Shown here piece after piece: positions 16,568 to 22,835 of a stretch of 24,159 nucleotides of DNA. The DNA is taken from IMG/VR virus record IMGVR_UViG_3300050010_000596; one strand, written 5' to 3'. This DNA is from an uncultured virus (IMG/VR IMGVR_UViG_3300050010_000596). Taxonomy: Duplodnaviria; Heunggongvirae; Uroviricota; Caudoviricetes. The translations under genes were made by a program, and so were the position numbers. Below the pieces are notes generated by a model that was not told the DNA's origin, did no database searches, and worked only from the letters and a program-made list of their open reading frames with translations. Position 1 is the first letter of the stretch; every line of letters begins with the position of its first letter.

Positions 16568-17464
16568 CTATTGAGATCGTGGTTTACGAATCAGTTTGCG
16601 TCCGCCCGTGGCACTTGGAACAGGAACCGACTCCAGCGGCGGCATGGGTAGAGAGGGAACCGCTGGAGGTGGTGTAGGTGGTTGTTGTACGACAGCCGGA
16701 AGGATTCGCTGCTGCGGGTTACGCCACTCCGGCAAGTAGGTATTGGGATTGAGCGTGGGATTGCTCAGTACGGGGACGGCAATCTCCCAGGCCCCGGTCT
16801 GCTGGGCCAGTTCGCCGATCAAACGGACATGGACCCGCCCTTCGCTGTCGGTTGTGAGCCCCGTGTGGTCGGAGTAGAGCTGACCCTGTTCGTTGAGATA
16901 GACGGGACTGTGGGCAGCCGGACCATCCGCGAGATAGCCTACAACCTGACGCACTTGTTGTTCCATGGCTTGGCGGTGGCGCTCGGAAGCGGCCCGGCGA
17001 CGAGAGGCGGGCGGCGTCTGGTTCAAGACGCGACCTGCCTGGCGCTCCAGCCGCTCCGCTAGCTCTTGCGCTTCGGTGGAGCCGTTGGGGGTAATGGGGG
17101 CGGCGGGTGGTCGGCGACGAGGCATGGTCTCAGGAGGAAACTCCCCCACGAATTCTTGTCCAAAGTGTCGGCGTGCGTTGGCGTACGCTTGGGCCATCTG
17201 CGCCAGCTCGCCCGCACTGACATAAGGCGAGCTGACGCAGTCGCCTTCGGCCTGATTGTCAGCCAGCGGCCAGACCGGACGCTCCCTGTTGTTCTTGGAC
17301 AGCTCGGCCTCGATCTGCTGGGCCTGTGCCATGGCTACCACCGCCCCCCGTCGCATGATTTCGACCGGGGGCCCCGTGGCCTGTAGTTCGGCCGCCAGGC
17401 GCGCAGCTTCAGCATCGGGCTTGATCCCGAACGACTTCAGTATATCACGAAGGCTAAGCGGCAC
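16568..17464 (-). CDS. Hypothetical protein (~298 aa) with Pro-rich C-terminus
   Basis: Start moved to GTG 17464 behind GGAGG, overlapping the upstream stop; the ORF track starts at 17500. Confidence 0.65.
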   Translation of the reverse strand: MPLSLRDILKSFGIKPDAEAARLAAELQATGPPVEIMRRGAVVAMAQAQQIEAELSKNNRERPVWPLADNQAEGDCVSSPYVSAGELAQMAQAYANARRHFGQEFVGEFPPETMPRRRPPAAPITPNGSTEAQELAERLERQAGRVLNQTPPASRRRAASERHRQAMEQQVRQVVGYLADGPAAHSPVYLNEQGQLYSDHTGLTTDSEGRVHVRLIGELAQQTGAWEIAVPVLSNPTLNPNTYLPEWRNPQQRILPAVVQQPPTPPPAVPSLPMPPLESVPVPSATGGRKLIRKPRSQ

Positions 17465-18611
17465 CGTGACCTCCAAACGCAATCGGCACGATATTGGCAA
17501 TCGCTCCAGCCCACATCCCTGTTTGCTTGAGGTGCTCCTGGGTCTCTTCCGGCATCCCCATCAAGGCCCCCAAGGCTCTACCCACGAGGGCCCCCGACAT
17601 GTAGCCCGTCCCCATCCCTGCGGTCATGCGGGCCACATCCATCGCCGAAATCAGTGTAGCTGGCCGTCCTTCGCCTGCCAAGTGCGCTGCCCCGGTGATG
17701 AGCCCCGTGGCAAGAGCCTGGGTCTGCGGCGGCAGCTGTTGCGAGACCACGGGGTCGTGCCACACGGTCTGATTAAACTGCTCGACGTTGATCGGTGGGG
17801 CATCCATGCCAGGAAAGGGGCGGTCGTTGTTCTCGTCGCCACCGAAGCCGATGTTCTGGACCGGCGTCTGCCACCACGGATAGCCCGACTCGGCAGTCTT
17901 GATGTCCGGTTCGCTGGCGATGCCTGCGTCGGGCTGGCCGCCAAATGGCCAATGCTCAGTGATGCTCTTGCCGTTCTTCAAATTGGCGTAGGCCCACAGG
18001 GCTCCCGGAGCCACGCCCGCCAGGCCGCCCAGCATGGCCCCCGTCCGCCGCCCGGTCCCTTCTCGCTGCCAGGACTCAGGCATGGCGCTCTCGGCCAAGG
18101 AGCCCAGGCCATAACCTGCTCCGGCACCCAGCAGGCCTGTGGCCAGCATCGCGGCCACAGGACTCGGCCAGTGCTCACCCTGGAACAGGTCCGCGTTCCA
18201 ACCGCCCACGGCCTCCAGGCCTCGCAACGTCGGCGAGAAGGCCCGCTTTTCTTGGTAGTACACCGCCTCGTATGGCCGCATGGCAATCTTCACCACGGGT
18301 GGATCACACTTCGGGTCGCCATAACCGATGGCAGGCTGATACCGATCTACACCACAGGGGAAGGTCAGGTAGTCGTACGGCAGGTCGTCCAGCATCTCGT
18401 GCCAGGCATCCACGTTGGCGGCCTTGGCCAGATTGATGGTCAGCATCTCGTCCGGCCAATAGAAGGCGTCGATCAACTCACGCGGACGCCACTGCGACAT
18501 TACCCGGACATCCTCCGCAGCCGTCTTGCAACGCTCGGCCAGTGCCAGCGCCAAGATCGGCACGGCGGCCCATGTCTCGCGTTCCTTGTCTACCAGGTAT
18601 TGGCCGAGCAT
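17454..18611 (-). CDS. Hypothetical protein (385 aa) with glycine-zipper segments and K-x-A motifs
   Basis: TGATG overlap with the upstream gene; EKRAF, IKTAE; GLLGAGAGYGLG, GAMLGGLAG, GMGTGYMSGALVGRALG. Confidence 0.8.
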   Translation of the reverse strand: MLGQYLVDKERETWAAVPILALALAERCKTAAEDVRVMSQWRPRELIDAFYWPDEMLTINLAKAANVDAWHEMLDDLPYDYLTFPCGVDRYQPAIGYGDPKCDPPVVKIAMRPYEAVYYQEKRAFSPTLRGLEAVGGWNADLFQGEHWPSPVAAMLATGLLGAGAGYGLGSLAESAMPESWQREGTGRRTGAMLGGLAGVAPGALWAYANLKNGKSITEHWPFGGQPDAGIASEPDIKTAESGYPWWQTPVQNIGFGGDENNDRPFPGMDAPPINVEQFNQTVWHDPVVSQQLPPQTQALATGLITGAAHLAGEGRPATLISAMDVARMTAGMGTGYMSGALVGRALGALMGMPEETQEHLKQTGMWAGAIANIVPIAFGGHGAA

Positions 18612-19045
18612 CAATTGTCCTCACGCGCACGACAGTTGCCCGTCTCCGACTCGAAGACGGTCACGGTCGGGTAGTCTTTGGGCGGACGGTCGTACACATA
18701 CACAGCCACCGGATGGCGGTGGTACGCCCCCGTCAGGCAGATGTGCGGACCGTCTAACATCCCATCATACCGTGAAGGTACGACCCAGTCGATGTGGGGT
18801 TCGTCGTCGAAGACCTCGCTGGCCATGGGCAGGCAAAAGCTGAACGCCACGCGGAAGCGTTTACCGTCGTCAGGGCCTGGCTCCAACAGCTCAGCTCTGG
18901 TAGGGAAGATCGCCACGCAATGTGGTTCGCGTTTCCACTTCTCCCGTGGAACGTAGCTGTGGCCCATCACAATTGTAGGGATCTCGGGGGTCATTGCCGC
19001 CGAGACTTCTTCCACCAATCGTTGTACCCACTTCGGCTTACCCAT
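18611..19045 (-). CDS. Hypothetical protein (144 aa)
   Basis: AAGGG RBS; globular sequence (PKWVQRLVEEV...AIFPTRAEL..GPDDG...GPHICLTGAY). Confidence 0.75.
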   Translation of the reverse strand: MGKPKWVQRLVEEVSAAMTPEIPTIVMGHSYVPREKWKREPHCVAIFPTRAELLEPGPDDGKRFRVAFSFCLPMASEVFDDEPHIDWVVPSRYDGMLDGPHICLTGAYHRHPVAVYVYDRPPKDYPTVTVFESETGNCRAREDN

Positions 19046-19061
19046 GCTATCCCTTAAACGA

Positions 19062-19283
19062 TTAAGTGCCTGCGTAACTGTACCCCGCCTCGGGGATTGA
19101 GATGCTCAAGCTCGCTACGAAAGGGTATCCGCAATCGGCTTTCCAAGGAAGGGGGATGTGCAGGTCCAGATCGGCACTGTAGCTGAGGATCAAACCAGGC
19201 GGGGCTGAGGGGTGTTTGCAACCATAGATCCCGCCGCTCACACCACGCCGCACCTTGAGGAACGGACAACCACGACAGTCCAT
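19062..19283 (-). CDS. Small Cys-containing hypothetical protein (73 aa; MDCRGCPF...C...C)
   Basis: GGAGG RBS before ATG 19283, directly after the NUDIX stop; 3' part of track ORF 19062-19586. Confidence 0.65.
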   Translation of the reverse strand: MDCRGCPFLKVRRGVSGGIYGCKHPSAPPGLILSYSADLDLHIPLPWKADCGYPFVASLSISIPEAGYSYAGT

Positions 19284-19297
19284 GGCAAACCCTCCGT

Positions 19298-19808
19298 CTA
19301 ATGCTGGGAGGTTGCAACACTCCGTTGTCGCTCGCTCAATAAGTGCCGTAAAACAGCGCGACGCTGTAGGGTGGCCTCGGGATTGAGACCACGCTTTGCT
19401 ATCGTGTGCCGCAAGGCGGTCTGCAAAGACCGGAAGCGGATCTTCTGGAGCTGGGACATCGTGTCGGAGCCCCGTTCTTCCATCGGTACTGCATCGCCTA
19501 CTTCGCCGGTGCCAAAGAAAGTCCGGCTGCCTTTGTATTTCTTGGCCTTCTCGGCCTGCTGCGGGGAGTCGTAGGGCGGGACCCAATCGCGGGTCACCGG
19601 ACCGTAGGGCAGCATGCGGGGCTTGTTGAGCCGGTAGCCCGCCTCTTCCACGAACTCGCGGGCCCCGGCCTCTTCGGGCTTCTCACCGGGCTCGATGCCG
19701 CCGCCGAACACGCCGGTGGTTCTTGTCGTTATCGTAATAGCCACCGAGGACCTTGCCTGCGGAGTTGAGCCCGTACATCTCCACACGGTCGCGGTAGGGC
19801 AGTTCTTC
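19298..19808 (-). pseudogene. NUDIX hydrolase domain split by a one-base frameshift near 19715; its N-terminus lies in the ligase reading frame
   Basis: Intact Nudix box GGIEPGEKPEEAGAREFVEEAGY in frame 19298-19714; first strands YRDRVEMYGLNSAGKVLGG lie in the ligase frame; removing one C from AAC CAC C GGC gives DKNHGVFGGGIEPGE. Confidence 0.75.
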
Positions 19809-22508
19809 AGCGTCTTTGACGATGCCGTGCTGACGGAGGATGGTGATCGAGACCATCTGCACGCAGCCTGCTGTCTTCTGGTGGCAACGCGGGCAGCTGC
19901 CGTCCGGGTTCAGGTGGGCGGCGCAGACGGCACAACAGAGATCGGGGTGTTGCAGGTCGTGGGGACAGGGGTCGGACTCGAAGGCGGCCTTCTCCTCAGC
20001 AGCAGGCGGGGTCCAGTCTTCATGGAGAGCAAGGAAGCTGGGGGCACGGTGGGCTCCAGAGGGGAACTGGCCTTGGGAACGGATACGCGCGGCACGTCCG
20101 ATAAAAGATTCGGGGGAATTCCCAAACTGGCCAAGAGCCTCTCCCGAAAATCCTGTTCCCACTCGGCCCACTGTCGGTCCGCCTGGGTGCAATGAATAGG
20201 TAAAACCACCCACTGTATCTTGTCGCTTGCCCGTGCCCGGAAAGAATCCCGTGATGTGAACGTCATGCTCGTCCGTTATCTTGGCTTTGTAAGGTTTGCC
20301 GAATTCAGGGTGTATCACGATGCCTTCTCGCGACAGTGGATGACGCCCGGACTTTATCTGGTTCCAGAGAGCCATGGCGGCCTCGGTCCCCTGGGCTCCT
20401 TCCCCCACATGAAACGTATCGGCAGGCAGATGCTTGACGATCTCCTGCAACAGCTGCTTGCGTTTGGCATACGGCACTTCCCCCGGCGAGACGTCCTGCT
20501 TGCCGAAGCGCTGTATATTGTGAAGGAGAATTTTAAGATGAATGCCTTTTGCTCGCTGTGCTTGCAAAGAATTGGCTACCGTTGCGTTCAGCAACCCGCC
20601 TAGCTCTTGCGGTGGAAGTACATCGCTTGTTCCAAAGACATTGCTACCGTCTCCCAGATCGTGATCTCGACCAGGTGTTGCGGCGGGTCCGGCGTCAGAT
20701 CGAGATCGGAGGGCACGAGAATACCGCCCGCTGTCGGTCGGTAATTGTCGTTGGCCATACAGCTCTCCCTTCAGTACGCTGCCCACCAACTCAGGCGGGA
20801 TCTTCATCTTCGGCCGTCCGCCGAACACCCGCTCGGTGTGCACGATGGGCATGCCGGTGTCTTTGTGGGTGCGGTAACTGGTGATCTCCACCCCGTCTTT
20901 CATCAGCTCGATCAGCGACGAGGCCCCGTCGATCTTGGCCTGGGCTTCGCCATTTTGGATGTTGCCCAGGTGCTGCTCGACCTGTTCCTTGGGAATGACC
21001 GCATAGTGCACCTTCTGGTACGGCATCTGTTCGCGGGGCGTGGTGTTCACCACGAGCCAGTCTTTATCGCCGAAGGTCTGTGGTTTGACAAGAGCAAAAC
21101 GCTGTGGGTGGCGATCACTGTTATGGGTCAGAACCCCGTTGGCGAAGTAGCACTGCGCATCGCGAACCGTCAAATCAAACAGTTCGCGACGTTCCCGCCA
21201 TTGCCGAATTGACTTGACGACGACGACACGGGTTGCTATAGTTAACTCATGCGACGTGCACATAATCTGGTCATCGACGGAAAGAAACTGCGACGGCTGA
21301 TTCTTCAAGGACGATCCCTTGCCGAAATCGGACGTCGCATGGCAGTCAGCACAACTGCCATCTCGACGTTCTGGAAAAAACACTTTCCAGAACTGGCTGA
21401 CGTTGTTCGGCAAAATCGACTTAAACTGTACCGTGAACAAGCCGATCAGCGTATTCACGAACAGCATCCCTCGCTGCAAGACGCTGCATTGCTGCGGCAA
21501 CTCTACCTGGAGGACTGTTTCAGCTGTCGCGAAATTGGGCAACAACTGCGGCCTACAGCAGCGCCCACCACGGTACGCGCAGCCCTGTTGCGACACGGCA
21601 TCCCTCTGCGAAATCTCACCGGGCCAAGCCATCGGCGATGGCGGAACGGCGTTCCATTGAAACGTACGGGCTGCAACAAACGAGCTGTTCGCCGCATCGT
21701 CCACGCCAGAGACAAAACATGCCGTTGCTGTGGTGGCCCGCTGCAACACATCCACCACATCGTCCCCTTCTGTGTCTGCCTGACCTATCATCCGTGCATC
21801 GTAATCGGCACCTGCGATCAGTGCCACATCGTTCTTGACCGCCGACTCGAACGCGCGTTGGAACAAGAGATTGGCACCCTCTCGCAACTCAGTGGCGTAA
21901 CAAAAGCCACGACCAGGGACAAACACGCGATGTTCGGCAGTACAAACAAGAGTCTGTTCGCCTTGCGCTGTGTCGAACTTCACCTCGCACCAGACCCGCT
22001 CAGCGATCTTGTGGTGAAACCGCTCGACTGGAAAGAAATCGACACGACCTTGGAACACGCCGCGTACCCGGACCTGGTTACGCTCTTGCACAACCTCGCG
22101 GATTGGAAAGACGCCTCGGTCCGTGTCGAGTAACGTCTCGCCGTCAACGCAGGCAGTCGTGAACTCGATCTTGCCCGGCTCGGCGTTGGTAATCAACACC
22201 TGGCCACGACGGTGCTTGCGGACCACGCCCGCCCCATAGCCAGTGAGCGTGCCCTCGAAGTTGCCGTACTCGTGGGAGTGCAATGGCTGTTGGAACAGCG
22301 CGTGGCGTTTGCCTGGTTCCGGTAGACCTTTGCGAGTCGCCCAGCTGTATAGGCCTAATTCAGGAGACCCCAGCCGAATGTCTTGATGCAATCCGGCCTT
22401 CTGGGCAGCATGCTCTTGAATGATGAAGTCCAACAGCTGCCCAGCCTTCAGCTTGGACAGGTCACCGTAGTCTTGAGGATTGGGCAAGCCCATGCCGGTC
22501 TGGGGCAT
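19683..22508 (-). CDS. LigD-type 3'-phosphoesterase domain (intein-interrupted) + ATP-dependent DNA ligase + Zn-ribbon, 941-aa precursor
   Basis: PE domain: FIIQEH...HQDIRL...SWATRKG...HSHEYGNFEG..GYGAG. Ligase motifs: AKIDG (I), LKGELY (III), EGIVI (IV), YKAK (V); OB fold VGTGFS...RAPSF. CAVC..CPRC Zn-ribbon; RBS AAGGAG. Confidence 0.92.
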   Translation of the reverse strand: MPQTGMGLPNPQDYGDLSKLKAGQLLDFIIQEHAAQKAGLHQDIRLGSPELGLYSWATRKGLPEPGKRHALFQQPLHSHEYGNFEGTLTGYGAGVVRKHRRGQVLITNAEPGKIEFTTACVDGETLLDTDRGVFPIREVVQERNQVRVRGVFQGRVDFFPVERFHHKIAERVWCEVKFDTAQGEQTLVCTAEHRVFVPGRGFCYATELREGANLLFQRAFESAVKNDVALIAGADYDARMIGQADTEGDDVVDVLQRATTATACFVSGVDDAANSSFVAARTFQWNAVPPSPMAWPGEISQRDAVSQQGCAYRGGRCCRPQLLPNFATAETVLQVELPQQCSVLQRGMLFVNTLIGLFTVQFKSILPNNVSQFWKVFFPERRDGSCADCHATSDFGKGSSLKNQPSQFLSVDDQIMCTSHELTIATRVVVVKSIRQWRERRELFDLTVRDAQCYFANGVLTHNSDRHPQRFALVKPQTFGDKDWLVVNTTPREQMPYQKVHYAVIPKEQVEQHLGNIQNGEAQAKIDGASSLIELMKDGVEITSYRTHKDTGMPIVHTERVFGGRPKMKIPPELVGSVLKGELYGQRQLPTDSGRYSRALRSRSDAGPAATPGRDHDLGDGSNVFGTSDVLPPQELGGLLNATVANSLQAQRAKGIHLKILLHNIQRFGKQDVSPGEVPYAKRKQLLQEIVKHLPADTFHVGEGAQGTEAAMALWNQIKSGRHPLSREGIVIHPEFGKPYKAKITDEHDVHITGFFPGTGKRQDTVGGFTYSLHPGGPTVGRVGTGFSGEALGQFGNSPESFIGRAARIRSQGQFPSGAHRAPSFLALHEDWTPPAAEEKAAFESDPCPHDLQHPDLCCAVCAAHLNPDGSCPRCHQKTAGCVQMVSITILRQHGIVKDAEELPYRDRVEMYGLNSAGKVLGGYYDNDKNHRRVRRRHRAR
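20600..20758 (-). CDS. Candidate nested +1-frame ORF inside the ligase gene (52 aa, MANDNYRPTAGGILVPSDLDL...YFHRKS)
   Basis: AAGGGAG RBS; by hand count 39/52 codons end in G/C in this frame versus about 21/53 in the ligase frame; coincides with an insertion between ligase motifs III and IIIa. Confidence 0.5.
   Translation of the reverse strand: MANDNYRPTAGGILVPSDLDLTPDPPQHLVEITIWETVAMSLEQAMYFHRKS
21214..21242 (+). promoter_or_regulatory. Sigma70-type promoter with extended -10, predicted to give a leaderless transcript for the antisense HNH gene
   Basis: TTGACG (21214-21219), 17 bp, TATAGT (21237-21242) preceded by TGn; ATG 21249 begins 7 nt after the -10 and has no SD. Confidence 0.75.
21249..22133 (+). 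CDS. HTH-HTH-HNH endonuclease-like protein (294 aa) encoded antisense and wholly within the intein
   Basis: HTH-like GRSLAEIGRRMAVSTTAIS and LRQLYLEDCFSCREIGQQL..TTVRAALLRHGIPLR; HNH-like RDKTCRCCG..HIHHIVPF...TCDQCH; the last ~90 aa are read-through antisense to intein blocks A/B. Confidence 0.88.
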   Translation: MRRAHNLVIDGKKLRRLILQGRSLAEIGRRMAVSTTAISTFWKKHFPELADVVRQNRLKLYREQADQRIHEQHPSLQDAALLRQLYLEDCFSCREIGQQLRPTAAPTTVRAALLRHGIPLRNLTGPSHRRWRNGVPLKRTGCNKRAVRRIVHARDKTCRCCGGPLQHIHHIVPFCVCLTYHPCIVIGTCDQCHIVLDRRLERALEQEIGTLSQLSGVTKATTRDKHAMFGSTNKSLFALRCVELHLAPDPLSDLVVKPLDWKEIDTTLEHAAYPDLVTLLHNLADWKDASVRVE

Positions 22509-22528
22509 GACTCGGTCTCCTTATATAG

Positions 22529-22825
22529 TCACGCGGCCGGAGCCACCGTGGCGGTGCCATTGCTGTTCTTGGTCACGACCCAGTTGCCAGGCACAGCCGG
22601 GACGGTGACACCCAGAGGCAAGAGCAGGGTGGCCAGGTTGTCCAACAGCTCCAAGCGCGTCACGGCATCGGTGCCGAGTTGGGCCAGGACTTGGCTGGGG
22701 GTGGCAGCCGTGTTGTCCCACAGCGTGTTGTGCAGCAGGGTGTGCTGGTGGGCCATGGCGACCTTGATCAGCCCCGTGGTGGAGTTGATCAGGGCGGCGG
22801 CTTGGACGTCGGAGGGAATGGTCAT
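22529..22825 (-). CDS. Hypothetical protein (98 aa) downstream of the fibre gene
   Basis: AAGGAG RBS; biased codon use. Confidence 0.8.
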   Translation of the reverse strand: MTIPSDVQAAALINSTTGLIKVAMAHQHTLLHNTLWDNTAATPSQVLAQLGTDAVTRLELLDNLATLLLPLGVTVPAVPGNWVVTKNSNGTATVAPAA

Positions 22826-22835
22826 GGTTGGCTCC

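Larger units (their letters stand above)
21120..22151 (-). mobile_element. Intein (344 aa) inserted in the phosphoesterase domain
   Basis: Block A CVDGETLL, block B LVCTAEHRVF, blocks F/G LFDLTVRDAQCYFANGVLTHN, followed by Ser+1; the exteins rejoin as KIEFTTA/SDRHPQRFALVK. Confidence 0.95.

Noticed and set aside
19298..19786. Stand-alone 162-aa NUDIX gene as given in the ORF track
   Set aside because: Its first ~24 residues look off-frame; the real N-terminal strands are in the ligase frame
19683..22508. Complete NHEJ (Ku-LigD) system
   Set aside because: No LigD polymerase domain and no Ku in the window
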